Assembly: GCF_006345805.1 (NCBI RefSeq)
Contig: NC_043001.1
Span: 135,849,567-135,913,566, forward strand
Length of the DNA: 64,000 bases
Direction of reading: 5' to 3'
Source: Octopus sinensis
Lineage: Eukaryota
Of the stretch, positions 26,539-39,682 are shown in pieces. A program made the translations under genes and the position numbers. Numbering within the stretch: the first letter of the stretch is position 1; each line of letters begins with the position of its first letter. Below the pieces are notes generated by a model. It ran no database searches, was not told the DNA's origin, and saw only the letters and a program-made list of their open reading frames with translations.

Positions 26539-27162
26539 ACAAAGGTAATATTTACCCCCACTTAAACGTAGATGTTCTATTAGAACAAACTATACTGTGG
26601 TGGTTACCATGAAAGAAACTCTCATATTAGCCAAGCTAACACAGGACAATATGAGAGTTTCTTTTATGGTAACTACACTGTATAGTTTGTTATAATAGAA
26701 CATCTGGATCTTTTCGGTTTGAACGGCAGTTTTTAAAAATAATTTCCATGTAACTAAACACTTTTAAACTTCGTATACTGGTAGAATGTGTTTATAAAAC
26801 ATCTTTTTCTTTTGGCTTTATTAAGAAAATTCTAACGTTTGTAAGATATTTGTTGTTTTTTTTCTTCAATTTCTGCAATTTCAACCAATCAATGGCGTCC
26901 ATTGAGGTGAAAACATTCTGTGCCGTATGAATATGTCCCTCATTTAAGAAACAGATTGGGTTTATTTACATTTCTGAAAAAAAAAAAGATACCCTTCCCC
27001 TAACCCTAACCCTAACCCTAAAACAGATTGAAATGCAATAGATCGATACTAGGGTCATAATTATGGGTGATAATTTCATATGACACCGCTAGAAAAAACT
27101 GCCGTTCAAACCAAAAAGATCCGAACATCCACGTTTATGTGGGGATAAATATTAACGCTTGT
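26539..27162. mobile_element. Fold-back (palindromic) MITE of ~200 bp, interrupted by the Merlin-like MITE
   Basis: 26539-26628 is complementary to 26648-26705 plus 27131-27162 around a ~19-nt loop. Confidence 0.75.
26706..27122. mobile_element. Merlin-like MITE with internal (CCCTAA)n
   Basis: TIRs ggatcttttcggtttgaacggcagttttt / aaaaactgccgttcaaaccaaaaagatcc. 8-bp TSD gaacatct/gaacatcc. Confidence 0.8.
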
Positions 27163-28016
27163 TATATAATGATACAGAAGTGTTGATGGTTGAGTCAGTG
27201 GTGTACTTGTGAGTAAACAACCAGGTGAGAAATCAGTGGTTGGTGTGTGGTTCATGTTGTACTAATTGTCGTATATCTTAACTGTCACTAACTATGGAGA
27301 TGTGGTGAACAGACAACTGGAGTATGGTCAGCTCCATGTCAAACCGTCTAACCCATACCGGCATGGAAAACAGACGTTAAACGATGACGATGGAGTTGTC
27401 ATCAGTGAATCTAAATGCAAGTTATTAGCAGCACATGATAAAGTAAAATGGTTAAGATTTTCAATTAAAAAACATTAAATAAAGTTTGATACTTTATAAG
27501 CATGAAAATAAAATAAGGATAAAATGCGTAAATTTTTTTTTCCGATCTAGGACGTGAGCTTATAAAATATCAAATCGCAATTTAATCTCATATTCCAGCT
27601 GGTAAAAATAACAAGAGTGGGTAGGAAATTAAAATCCCCTAAGCGAAACAAATTTAATAATATAACTTAAATAATTAAGAAATACTAATAATTCTTTTCC
27701 TAAATATCGAAGAATTGACATTGAGTTGTCTCTCTTAGAGTGAAGGAGTTATCTTCCTTACATTTTCTCAGTTATGTCCCTTACATTTTTATTCTATTAT
27801 AATGTGAAATAATTGTGAACAAGCAAAAAATTTATAGATTCCCCAATCAATAATTCAACATCAGATCATAATAAAATCGAACTCGATGAAATAATATTTA
27901 ATAGTTAACGATATCGTCTCTACACTACATAAACATTTCTAGATAATTGCATTATTACTTTCTGTTGTGAATGGGTTAACATTAACAACAATTAAGCCAC
28001 TTAAAAGTATTGGGAT

Positions 28017-28440
28017 ACTCTTTTACTCTTTTACTCTTTTACTTGTTTCAGTCATTTGACTGCGGCTATGCTGGAGCACCGCTTTTAGTCAAGCAAATCG
28101 ACCCCAGGACTTATTCTTTGTAAGCCGAGTACTTATTCTATCGGTCTCTTTTTGCCGAACCGCTAAGTGACGGGGACGTAAACACACCAGCATCGGTTGT
28201 CAAGCAATGCTAGGGGGACAAACACACACACACAAACACACATACACACATATATATATATATATACATATATACGACAGGCTTCTTTCAGTTTCCGTCT
28301 ACCAAATCCACTCACAAGGCATTAGTCGGCCCGGGGCTATAGCAGAAGACACTTGCCCAAGGTGCCACGCGGTGGGACTGAACCCAGAACCATGTAGTTG
28401 GTTAGCAAGCTACTTACCACACAGCCACTCCTGCGCCTAT
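28017..28440 (-). mobile_element. SINE family A
   Basis: Full-length copy. Confidence 0.88.
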
Positions 28441-29378
28441 ATCTCACAAAGAAGTAATGAATGGCCAATGCGGAAGGGTCTTAAAATGAGTTGTGAGTTT
28501 TCCTATAAATAAAATATTTAATATTTTATTATAAATATTATATTTAGTGTGTTTCTTAAATGGCTTATAAACACCTTCCATGCTGCAATTGTTTTCGTTC
28601 CAGCACACGATCTCAGATCAGGTCACTTGCTATGCAAGTACATCTCCGTATTATATTCTAAATACATTTAAAAGAAGAAAATCTTCGTTGGGATTCATAT
28701 ATGTGTAAGAAACGGCAGTATCACTGAGCAGAAAACATAACTGTATGAAGTACCATGGTTCAATACAATTTCATTTAGTGAATTTCCTAAAAATTTAACG
28801 TAGATGGCATTAACGTAGATGCAAATTTAAAGAGAGCCAGATGTTAGCTATGTATCTCCTTTATTGCAAGACACCTATTTCTGTCCCTCTACTCATACTC
28901 TAACCTTTCATCTGGCAAATAGTCACCTTCCCCAGTACTACCCTCCACTCAGCTGAGGGAGTGTTGTTTTGAAAATTATTTGGTGATCTCAATGTTGCTG
29001 GTGCCATGTAAAAAGCACTCAGTAGTGGCTGATGTTAGGAGATTGAGCTGTAGAGACCATGCCAAAGCAGACAATGGTGTTCGGAGCAGTCTCCTGGTTT
29101 GTTAGCTCCTGTCAAACAATCCAACTCAGGCCAGTATGGAAAACGGATGTTAATTGATGAATAGAAATGAAATTAATGATGTTGGAAGGGATAGTGTAAG
29201 AAGATATGGATAATAAAAACCAAACCATTGCATAAAAATTAGCTTCTCTTTCATTAAAATAATTGGCTGTTTTTAATTAAATAATTTTCCTGGGTAAAAA
29301 ATGGGTAGTGGTATTGGTAAAACACTATTTGGAGTGTGGAGGTGCTAAGCTACAAAGTGCTGAAAAACCCTGCCTTAA

Positions 29379-29598
29379 CCCTTTAGTGTTTAAACTGGCC
29401 CTATCTGGCCAAAATATTCTACCTGTTTTATGTTCAAAGTAGTCAGATATGGTCATTCATAGCTACCTTATTGTGTTATTTTAAAAATAAACAATCACAT
29501 CATTGAAATCTCAAAGCCATGAAATGAGGCAAGATTAATTTTACATGGTGTGAATACATAAGCTTTACAATTTACAGAATAATCTGAATGCTAAAGGG
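29379..29598. mobile_element. piggyBac-like MITE, complete with TTAA on both sides
   Basis: ttaa|ccctttag...ctaaaggg|ttaa. Confidence 0.8.
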
Positions 29599-29695
29599 TT
29601 AACATAACAAATGAGACTTGAGTATACTATGAGAGAATATACATGCATATATTATCTTCCATTCTCCCATCTTTTCCCTGTCTATTATATTATTA

Positions 29696-30032
29696 CTAGT
29701 GCATGCATATACAGCTGTGTGCGTGCGCACATACACGCGAGTACTGTCCAAATCTCCGACCAATCACATACAGCTAGCTGGCATTCAACTGGCGTATCAA
29801 GTTTCGAGCATTTTGATTGGGTTTTGGATGGAAAATTCACAAAAAGTCACTTCTATTGATATTTTATTAGCTTTGCAGAGTGACTGGGGAAATGTAAAGA
29901 TGTGCACGACCAGCCTTGGACGGTTTTGAATGACCATAGAAAGTGTGAGCCCTCTAACTGAAAAATTGTACATTTGTATAAAGGACACGCACACACACAC
30001 ACAGACAGACATTTTGCCGTTTATATATATAG
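29696..30032 (-). mobile_element. Non-autonomous Helitron (same family as 50255-50616, lacking the terminal hairpin)
   Basis: Near-identical body sequence. Confidence 0.72.
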
Positions 30033-30146
30033 GGATTATTCTATTGCTCTTCACCCCTTCTATACTGTAAGTCAGTACAAACTCTTCTTGATCTCCCATC
30101 CAATACATCTGTAGCACTGATCATCCTCCATCATTTACTATATTCA

Positions 30147-30312
30147 CAGAGCCGGCTTGAGGAACCAGCAACCTGGGAAGTCGCCTGGAGCACCATGTGC
30201 TAGGGGGCACCAAGGAGGGCATGACAAAGATAAGGAAATTTCCATGACTCTCAGCTTGTACATGCCGAAGTTCAGCTTGCCCGGGGAACCAGCAACCCTA
30301 GGGCCAGCCCTG
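30147..30312. mobile_element. hAT-like MITE
   Basis: CAG..CTG ends and a perfect 8-bp TSD TATATTCA (30139-30146, 30313-30320). Second copy at ~33308-33473. Confidence 0.75.
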
Positions 30313-30748
30313 TATATTCACCCCTTAACCTTACTCAAATTCTATTCTTCATCTACTCTCCCCTACATTCCATTTAACTCTTATTTATCATCAAGCCCCA
30401 TTCAACCCTTGTTTAGCATTTGGTATATTCATCCCATCCTACCCTATCTCTAAACCATCCCTCACTCCCCTCAAATACTCTTGTAACTTCTTGTTCTCCT
30501 GTCTCCAGATCCCACCCTGATACCTTGTCACTAATTTTTATTGTTTTTTCCAGCTTCATCCATACAGCAAGATAATTATTCTGGACTCTTCCTCATACAT
30601 CTTTTTATCATCTATTACAAAGTAGTCTGGTGCCATGGAAAAGTACACAGTACCCTCTGTAAAGTGGAAAGGGTATCAAAACAGACTCCCTTATAGACAT
30701 CATGTTACATAAAATCTTACTAGAAAAATATATAAATTTATTTTAAAA

Positions 30749-31143
30749 CTAGCAGTATCGCCCAGCGTTGCTCAGGTTTGTTTCAACCCTTTAGAATTGG
30801 AATTTTTGAAAAGTAAAAATTTTGCATTATGTAGCTTGTTATTCTCTTCAAGTGAACATTTTTCCAGTTGAAATACACCGAAAAATGGTGACACAGCAGT
30901 AAAAAAAATCGTAACAAAATAGGGATTTTCATAGAAAAAAAGCACCTTTTTGATGTAAATAATTTTTGGTGTTAACATGGTCTGATTTGAATTTTTTCTT
31001 CTACGGAAGGAAGAGCAAGCCTTCTTCTATCATACTCTCAATTTTGGTCAACTTGCGCTGCAGGGTTACGGAGGAGATAGTGTTAGTTGAAGGCTACCAA
31101 ACCTGCCACACACATACAGTCATCAGCTTTATATATAGAGAGA
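30749..31143 (-). mobile_element. Non-autonomous Helitron
   Basis: Minus strand starts a|TCTCTCTATATAT and ends with a GC hairpin plus CTAG|t. Confidence 0.7.
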
Positions 31144-31434
31144 TAACATCTACCAAGAAGGACAAATGAATAAGTAGGACAAGAGGAAACATGGGACAAA
31201 GAGTCACCGCTGAGGTCACAGAGTGTGTGAGAAAAGAACATTGACAGTCGTACAAATTAAAAGTAATGCAAATAAAAACTAAAGTGAATATCAAATAAAT
31301 GGTGTGCTTAATTGGCAAAAAAAATAAGGACCATTCACAAATATAATAATAGCCACAGTTGCTACAAAAATATAATCTGTAAACAACGCAGCAAACTGGG
31401 TGATAAACAAAAAAATAAATAAAAGTTGTTTTTC

Positions 31435-31907
31435 TTTTATTCTTTTATTTGTTTCAGTCATTTGACTGCGACCATGCTGGAGCACTGCCTTTAGTCGAGT
31501 AAATCGACCCCAGGACTTATTCTTTGTAAGCCTAGTACTTATTCTGTCTCCCTTGCCGAACCGCTAAGTGACGGGGTACGTAAACACACCAACATCAGTT
31601 GTCAAGTGATGTTGCGGGACTAACACAAACACACATATATATACATATAAATATATATCTATATATATATATAGATTCAAGATTCTAGTTCATTGTTTAA
31701 ACCTCGCCAAGAAAAATATTTAAACCACCTGATGAATGACTGCGACTCAAAAATTTGAAGACAGCAGGCAGGAAACGATCGTAGTGGGATATTAATTATA
31801 TTTTTTGATAATTTTGTTACATATTTAAATAATATAAATTAATCTTATGTATTGACTTAAGTCTTTCATTGTTTGATTTGCCTAATAGTGGTTTTGTCTC
31901 TAATTTA

Positions 31908-31950
<43 letters not shown>

Positions 31951-32115
31951 GACGTGCTTCGTTCAGTTTCTGTCAAACAAATCCACTCATAAGGCTTTGG
32001 TCAGCCTGAGGCTATAGTAGAAGACACTTGCCCAAGGTGCCACACAGTGGGACCGAACCCAGAACCATGTGGTTGGTAAGCAAGCTACTTACCACACAGC
32101 CACTCCTGCGCCTAT
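31435..32115 (-). mobile_element. SINE family A interrupted at its (TA)n centre by a hammerhead-bearing fragment (~31675-31915)
   Basis: The two SINE halves flank the insert. Confidence 0.8.
31715..31793 (+). ncRNA. Diverged type I hammerhead ribozyme in a Penelope-like terminal fragment
   Basis: ccac-CTGATGA(31729-31735)-stem II (tgactgc/gcaggca)-GAAA(31772-31775)-CGATCG-TA-gtgg. Stem I extends (aatatt/gatatt). The stem II closing pair is an A.G mismatch. Confidence 0.7.
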
Positions 32116-32161
32116 GGTTCATAATATTAAAAAAAAAAAAGAAAAGCAAAATGTTACTTAC

Positions 32162-32242
32162 CTGACCAAATTGGGTTGTCATAAGTAGTACCGGCACCAA
32201 AATATTCATAGAGAGATTTCTTCAAATGATCTGAATTGATTC
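32162..32242 (-). CDS. Exon 3 of J1-crystallin/SelJ-like gene: GINSDHLKKSLYEYFGAGTTYDNPIWS
   Basis: Acceptor tttttgtcaacag, donor G|GTAAGT, 81 nt, phase 1-1. Continues the family pattern (LK..Y..FG.G..YD.P). Not in the ORF track in this frame. Confidence 0.88.
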
Positions 32243-32954
32243 CTGTTGACAAAAAGTTAAGGCTTATTTTTACTGTTTGCTGAGTGGTAGTACAGATCAT
32301 TATATTTGAACATTATAACATCATGAGAGAAGTGACAAAATTATTGAAGCAGAAAACTATTGATGCAATAATAGAAATTATTCTATGATCTGGACAAAAC
32401 CAAAGTACCTCTCATGTAAAAATCTATAATGGAAAAATAGGTATAGTCAAAAGCCTATACATAGAGTTATCTGGAAACTGCTTTGTTTTCCTATCAATGA
32501 TCAGGATAAACAGTTACACAAGGAAACTGGCAGAATCGTTAGTACGCTGGGCGAAATGCGTAGCTGTATTTCGTCTGCCGTTACGTTCTGAGTTCAAATT
32601 CTGCCAAGGTCGACTTTGCCTTTCATCCTTTCGGGGTCGATAAATTAAGTACCAGTTACGCACTGGGGTTGATGTAATTGACTTAATACCTATGTCTGTC
32701 CTTGTTTGTCCCCTCTGTGTTTAGCCCCTTGTTTGTTGGTGTCAAGAATAAACAATATCTATGGCTTGAATGCAAGTACCAGATGAACCATCATCTTTTT
32801 CTGCCTCCTCCTCTTACAACTTATGTGAATAATACCAATGTAGTGTTTGTCTTCTTACTACATCGGTCAATGCTTGTTTTTCTTCATTCACTTAGTCTCA
32901 ATGTTTTCCCAAAGATAATGTAAAACATCCTATTTACTCCTCATCAATCATATG

Positions 32955-33265
32955 TGTGGAGGTGCAATGGCCTAGTGGTTAGGGTAGCGGACTTACGGTT
33001 GTAGGATCGCAGTTTCGATTCCCAGACCGGGCGTTGTGAATGTTTATTGAGCGAAAACACCTAAAAGCTCCACGGGGCTCAGGCAGGGGGTCGTGGCGAT
33101 CCCTGCTGTACTCTTTCGCCACAACTTTCTCTCACTCTTTCTTCTGTTGACCTGCTCGCTTAGCCAGCGGGGTGGTGTCATTTGAAGGCTAAAACAATGC
33201 AAAGCGCACTGTGACCAGCGATGTGTAGCAACATCTGATAGCCTGGTCGGTCACGGTCATGGTCA
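32955..33265 (+). mobile_element. tRNA-derived SINE family C
   Basis: Head ggaggtgcaatggcctagtggttagggtagcggact..gtttcgattccc. Confidence 0.8.
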
Positions 33266-33307
33266 ATCATATGTACCTTCTATTACATTCCTTCTTGTTG
33301 TTGCAAG

Positions 33308-33473
33308 CAGGACTAGCTCAAGGTACCAGCAACTTGGGTAGTCACTGAGGGCACCATGTGCTAGGGAAAACCAAAGAGGGTGTGACAAAAACAAGGAAAT
33401 TTCCACAACCATCCGCTTGTACATACCAAAGTTCAGCTTCCCTGGGGTGCCAGCAACCTTAGGGCTGGCCGTG
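33308..33473. mobile_element. Diverged copy of the hAT-like MITE
   Basis: Shares ccagcaac..gcaccatgtgctaggg..ggaaatttcca..gcttgtacat..aagttcagctt with 30147-30312. Confidence 0.65.
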
Positions 33474-33489
33474 ATATGTTACCGTCTTG

Positions 33490-34070
33490 TCACCACAGAT
33501 GCCCCTCATATGTTCTACTCCCAGTGCTACATGTACTTCTAGCATGTCCTCTTACCACCTAGTAATACCCTTCAGTTGCCACACATGCCCCTACTATGTT
33601 CCCTTCTGTCACTGCATGTGTCCTTAGTACATTCCCCTTTGTTGCTACATGTGCCCCTATATTTATCTCTACCACTGCATATGCCCCTACTGTGTTCCCC
33701 TCTGTCATTGCACATGTCCCTACTGTGTTCCCCTCTGTCACTGCACATGTTTCTAGTATATACCACTCCCATTGCTGCATGTACCTCAAGCATCTTCTCC
33801 TGTTACCACATGTGTCTCTATGACAGTTGTCTCAGTCAACACTTGTTCCCCAGCTACATTCTTCACTGTTACTACACAACCCTCTACTATGTTCTCTTCC
33901 CATCACTGCATGTGCTCCTACTATGTTCCCCTCTTGTCACTGTACACACCCCTACTATATTCCTATCACTACATCCTCAACACACTCTTATAATTACAAT
34001 ATACTCCCCACATTCCCCTACCAATGCTATATAATATTTACAGACCTCCTCCTATCACAGTACACCTCCC
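33490..34070. repeat. Diverged 30-bp minisatellite
   Basis: Unit ~cacatgcccctactatgttcccctctgtca. Confidence 0.8.
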
Positions 34071-34395
34071 AAATGACTAGATAGCTTCTACCCAATTACA
34101 ATTTATTAAAAAAAATTGTCAAACTTTGTGTGAAGTGAGACAATATTGTCATTTAGCCCCAGGACAGCCTTGATCAAGCAAACCAACAGCCTAACTATCT
34201 TTCAGTTTCCAAAATACTCCTTGATATTTTAAGACTATTATGTGTGATATGAGGAAGGTTTGGCTGCTATTTCTAGCAAGTCAGACAACTACATAAAGGT
34301 TCACTGATTAACAGAAGCAATAGTTCATTAAACTGAGAACATTTCTCATGAATGAGATACTGAAACACTGAAGTTTCTGTGTGGAAAGGATTTAA

Positions 34396-34940
34396 CCCTA
34401 CCATCCGATTGTGGCCGTTTGCCAGCCTCGCCTGGCACGTAAAAAGCACCCACTACACTCGTGGAGTGGTTGACGTTAGGAAGGGCATCCAGCCATAGAA
34501 ACATTGCCAGATCAGACTGGGCCTGGTGCAGCCTTCTGGCTCCCCAGACCCCAGTTGAACTACACTCGCGGAGTGGTTGGCGTTAGGAAGGGCATCCAGC
34601 TGTAGAAACACTGCCAGATCAGACTGGAGCCTGGAGCAGCCCCTGGCTCCCCAGACCCTGGTCGAACCGTCCAACCCGTGCTAGCATGGAAAGCGGACGC
34701 TAAACGATGATGATGATGATGATGATGTTACTGTATTTATTTTGAGATGCTCTCTGTTTCTTTCAATTACTTTAAAAACAACTCAGAATTTAGTAAAATA
34801 GCTTAGTTATCATTCAGCTAGTGTTAGGAACATAAATTGTGACTAAGGTTTGGTGGAAGATTTTAATTCAAATCTTATGAAAACAAGACATTTGTACTAC
34901 AGAGCTAGAGCTGGTTTCAGCCGGGTTGGTAACGAAAGGG
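34396..34940. mobile_element. Second piggyBac-like MITE family, interrupted by a (GAT)n-tailed SINE
   Basis: ttaa|ccct ... aaaggg|ttaa. SINE sequence occupies ~34400-34727. Confidence 0.5.
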
Positions 34941-35424
34941 TTAAGCAAGGAGGGTGCAGCTTTAAATTAAAAGAAATCATCGGATATAAAAGAAATTAGT
35001 CCTCAGATTGGAATTTACAGGAAAGAGACAACAGAAAACAATAAAATATTGTTCTTGTTTACATTAAAGAAGCAGGTAAGGCTGTAAAGTTAGTTATAAA
35101 GTTCAATCCTACTTAGTGTTATTTTGGACAAATGTCTTCTATATTAGCCTGGTGCTGATCAAGGACTTGTGAGTGAGACTGACAGATGGAAACTGTGAGG
35201 AAGCCCATTGTATGTGTGTGTGAGAGAGAGCATATATGTGTGTGCAAAAGTGTGCATGTGTGCAAGTGTCAATGTGTGTGTGTGTGTGTGTGCACAGGCA
35301 TGGCTGTCTGGTAGAGGAGTTCACTTCCCAACCATGTGGTTTTAAGTTCAGCCCCCACCACTGCATGGCACCTGACCAAAGCACTGTGAAATGGATTTGA
35401 TAGACAGAAACTTAAAGAAACCTG

Positions 35425-35842
35425 TCATGCCGTTGCCAGTGCTGCCCCGACTGGCCTTGTGCCAGTGGCATGTAAAAAGCACCATCCGTTCATGGCCGTT
35501 GCCAGCGCCGCCCCGACTGGCCTCGTGCCGGTGGCAGGTAAAAAGCACCATCCGTTTGTGGCCGTTGCCAGCCTCGCCTGGCCCCCCGTGCCGGTGGCAC
35601 ATAAAAAGCACCATCCGATCATGACCGTTTGCCAGCCTCGTCTGGCACCTGTGCCGGTGGCACGTAAAAAGCACCCACTACACTCATGGAGTGGTTGACG
35701 TTAGGAAGGGCATCCAGCCGTAGAAACATTGCCAGATCAGACTGGGCCTGGTGCAGCCTTCTGACTTCCCAGACCCCAGTTGAACCGTCCAATCCATGCT
35801 AGCATGGAAAGTGGACGCTAAACGATGATGATGATGATGATA
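35425..35842 (+). mobile_element. (GAT)n-tailed SINE family D with internal ~58-bp tandem repeats
   Basis: gtgccggtggcacgtaaaaagcacc repeated about 4 times, then ggaagggcatccagc..catgctagcatggaaa..aaacgatgatgat. Copies at ~17740-17925, 23610-23988, 34400-34727, 37870-38053, 42170-42440 and 47410-47500(-). Confidence 0.8.
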
Positions 35843-36894
35843 ATACAAAATAAGAAAATGGAGGAATAGATTTCTTTCAATCATCAACTACTAGATAATA
35901 CCAATTCATATAATTTATTAACTAATTATTTAGGAACATCCAGATCAAACAGAATAATACAGAATAAAACAGTATACATCAATAAGTAAGATAATACCAT
36001 AAGAACAATACATATAAAATGGATCTTACAGCTGTTTCAGCCTGTAGATAAGAGTATCTCATTATGCTCATATTAGTCAGATGTATTGAGGTGTGTGTCC
36101 TCATTTTGACAGTGCAATAATTGTAAATGAGCATCAGTGTTATACAAGTGGTGTTCTTTGTTCCCAGTCTTCTGTGCAAACATGCACAGCAATGGAGAAG
36201 TATTGCCTTGCTTAGAAACCTGTAAGGGTTGGTCACAAGAAGGACAGTGTCAACCCATGTCTGACCCATGTGAGTATGGGAACGTGAATATTAAGATGGT
36301 GATGATTATGTGTGCGTATGCATGCATGTGTGCATAAATGTCAATTCCATGCATCATCATGAGCACTGTTGTTGTAGAATTTGGAGACATTCTTTATTTT
36401 CTTCAGGGGACACATGTTTTGTAAATCTGTGGAAGTATGAAGATTGGTTTAATAAGAAGATCTGAGACTCTCTTCGGTCATGACACAAACCATGGGATTG
36501 AACCTAGAAAGTTACCCTCCAAGGCACAAGTCCAGGCAAGGTTATTTATGGAAGACCAGCAGTCGCTCATGCATACCGGCCTCCACTCTCCATGCCGCCA
36601 GTGTTATCCAAGGGAAAGGCAAGGGCTGATACAGCTTGGCACCAGTGATGTTGCAACTCATTTCTACAGCTGAGTGAACGGGAGCAACGTGAAATAAAGT
36701 GTCTTGCTCAAGAACACAGCATGCAGCTCGGTCTGGGATTCGAGCTCACAACCTCACGATCATAAGATCGATGCTCTAACCACTGAGCCATGCGCCTTCA
36801 CAATAAGAAAATACTTTCCATGTAAAACAAGGCTTGGTGACAGGCAGGGTATCAAGCTGTAGAAAACCTTCCTCAATAAGTTCTTTATAGCTTA

Positions 36895-37350
36895 CTACAG
36901 CATAGCCCGGCGTTGCCCGGGTATGTAAGAGGCCCTAGTAGGCAACGACTAATCCCAATCTAGTCCTTTACCTCCAGGGAACGAAGGCGCATGTGTAGGT
37001 TGCAATGTCTTCTCTTCCCTCGAATACTTCTGTGTATACGATGTTCCTAGCTGTGCCTTTGGGCGAAAACATGAAAACATCATTGCGCCTCCCAACGCGT
37101 GAACAGCCCATGTACAGCCCAGAAAATGTGTTGCTTATAAAAAGCTTAGATTCTGGACCCCATGTCGAATTTATCGATTTTTTCAGAACTGGGGGAACTT
37201 TTCAAAATTTTTGCTGCATTAGTTTTGAATTATGACATTGGGCTATGTGTGTGTCAAGTTTCATCAGAATCGGTTGAAAGCCGTGGTCAGGGTGAGGGTA
37301 CAACCTGACACACACACAGACAGACAAACTGCCGTTTATATAGAGAGAGA
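36895..37350 (-). mobile_element. Non-autonomous Helitron
   Basis: Minus strand 5' TCTCTCTCTATATAAAC. 3' hairpin cccgggcaacgccggg followed by GTAG (CTAG-like). Confidence 0.7.
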
Positions 37351-37550
37351 TACCAGCATGGAAAAACAGATGAACAAGATTTAGTGTGGAAGGTGCAATA
37401 GAAAGTTATCAAAGATGTCCTTGGTTTCTGTAAAAGTACAATGTGCATACCCTTACCTTTTACTGAAACTTAGTGAGTATTTCTGGGTGAGTGGGGTGCA
37501 TGTGTGAAACACTGGTTAACTTTTTGTTTTATAGTTCTTGAAAAACTAAC

Positions 37551-37727
37551 CTGAATTTTCCACAAGGGACTTCAAAACAACAAAATTTTGGTCTCCATAA
37601 CAGGTTTGCTTGCCAGTCTTTTGCACATAGAATGGATTCTGTGATGGTTCCCAGAACTCCCAATCACTTCTTGTACTCAGTAAAGCAGTCAACTTCTCTT
37701 TGTTGTAGTTCCAATGAATTGGTTGCA
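37551..37727 (-). CDS. Exon 2 of J1-crystallin/SelJ-like gene: VQPIHWNYNKEKLTALLSTRSDWEFWEPSQNPFYVQKTGKQTCYGDQNFVVLKSLVENS
   Basis: Acceptor ttatcttctacag, donor G|GTTAGT, 177 nt, phase 1-1. Family motifs QPxHW, NPFY and TGxQxCYGDQ. Confidence 0.92.
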
Positions 37728-38385
37728 CTGTAGAAGATAAAAAGACAATATGTTTAAGGTAAGGAAAACTTACAAATTTCATCGCATCGTTATTTTGTGT
37801 GCACTTTCCATGCCAGTATGGATTTGTAGCTACTGGATTCAACCCCATGTTTTGCCACATAGAAATGTGCGGGTGGCGTGTAAAAAGCACCCACTACACT
37901 CACGGAGTGGTTGGCGTTAGGAAGGGCATCCAGCCGTAGAAACACTGCCAGGTCTGACCGGGCCTGATGCAGCCTTCCGGCTTTACAGACCCCAGTTGAA
38001 CCATCCAACCCATGCTAGCATGGAAAATGGATGCTAAATGATGATGATGATGAAATCACATTATCCAATCAATAGCTGTTGTTCATATGACAGTTTTGGT
38101 GGTTTGTCTCGACTTTCTGTGAACACAGCCTAAAAATACAATCCAGTTGAGTGCCAAAATTTCAGAGTGACTCAATTTCCCGTTAGCATTCACTCTCCCC
38201 CCCCCCCATAGCTGTTTTCACAGCTACATATTCAACTTGGAATGATTGAAGAAGACACACCATGGCATGTGAATAAGTATCTGATGTGTAAATGTAAGCT
38301 CAAATGTGGAATTTCTAACAAATACTTTCAGCACATGTTATAAATATTGTCTCATCTGAATATTTTTCTGTATTGCATGAGTACC

Positions 38386-39261
38386 TTACTCTTTAACTTG
38401 TTTCAGTCATTTGACTGCGGCCATGCTGGAGCACCGCCTTTAGTTGATCAAATCGACCCCGGGACTTATTCTTTGTAAGCCCAGTACTTATTCTATTGGT
38501 CCCTTTTGCCGAACCGCTAAGTGACGGGGACGTAAACACACCAGCATCGGTTGTCAAGCAATGCTAGGGGGACAAACACAGACACACAAACACACATATA
38601 TATATATATATACATATATACGACAGGCTTCTTTCAGTTTCCGTCTACCAAATCCACTCACAAGGCATTGGTCGGCCCAGGGCTATAGCAGAAGACACTT
38701 GCCCAAGATGCCACGCAGTGGGACTGAACCCGGAACCATGTGGTTGGTTAGCAAGCTACTTACCACACAGACACTCCTGCGCCTATTAATGTAACAAAAG
38801 ATTATGTTCTAACACACAAAAAAATCCTTTCATTGTTACAGATTAAATAGGTCATCACAATCTGTTCTATTTCATAGCCACTACTTTCACAGACAGGTTG
38901 AAGGACATTGCCTCATTTAATCGAGCAAATCGACCCCGGGACTTATTCTTTGTAAGCCCAGTACTTATTCTATCGGTCTCTTTTGCCGAACCGCTAAGTG
39001 ACGGGGATGCAAACACACCAGCATCGGTTGTCAAGCGATGTTGGGGGGGGGGGACAAACACAGACACACATACATATACATATATATATATATACATATA
39101 TACGACAGGCTTCTTTCAGTTTCCGTCTACCAAATCCACTCACAAGGCATTGGTCGGCCCGGGGCTATAGCAGAAGACACTTGCCCAAGATGCCACGCAG
39201 TGGGACTGAACCCGGAACCATGTGGTTGGTAAGCAAGCTACTTACCACACAGCCACTCCTG
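38386..39261 (-). mobile_element. Two tandem-oriented SINE family A copies (38386-38785, 38916-39261)
   Basis: Near-identical copies. Confidence 0.88.
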
Positions 39262-39527
39262 ACTGTAAATTTTCCTTGTAAAAATTCAACTTGTATCTTT
39301 TTAGCTTTTACTTGTTTCAGTCATTAGACTTTGGCCACACTGTTGCACCACTTTGAAGAATTTTTAGTCAAATGAATTGACCCTAGTACTTACTTTAAAG
39401 TCTGGTTCTTATTCTATCAGTCTTTTTTGCTGAACTGCTAAGTTACAGGGATGTAAACACACCAATACTGGTCGTTAAGTGGTGGTAGGGAACAGACACA
39501 GACACCAAGACACACACACACACATAT

Positions 39528-39682
39528 GTAGTTAAAATTTGCAGAAAAGCAAAAGACGAAGACAGGTGTATGAATAACAGGCAGGTGTATTAGTATGACA
39601 CTCGGGAAAGTGAGAAAGTCTTTTACGTTTCGAGCCTACACTCTTCAACAGAAAGGAACACGAGGAAATAAACAGAGAGAAA
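39528..39682 (-). mobile_element. Short interspersed Penelope-terminal-like repeat carrying a degenerate minimal hammerhead (39620-39655)
   Basis: Minus strand: cttt-CTGTTGA-a-gagt-gtag-gctc-GAAA-CG-TA-aaag. Homologous to 59843-60001 and partly to 19330-19470. Sits in the microsatellite centre of a SINE. Confidence 0.55.

Noticed and set aside
26998-27020. Telomeric repeats as a chromosome end or fusion site
   Set aside because: Only 3-4 units, inside a MITE.
33559-34084. ORFs with 10-aa repeats (TCAVTEGNTV)
   Set aside because: Product of a 30-bp minisatellite, open on both strands, with no splice or homology support.
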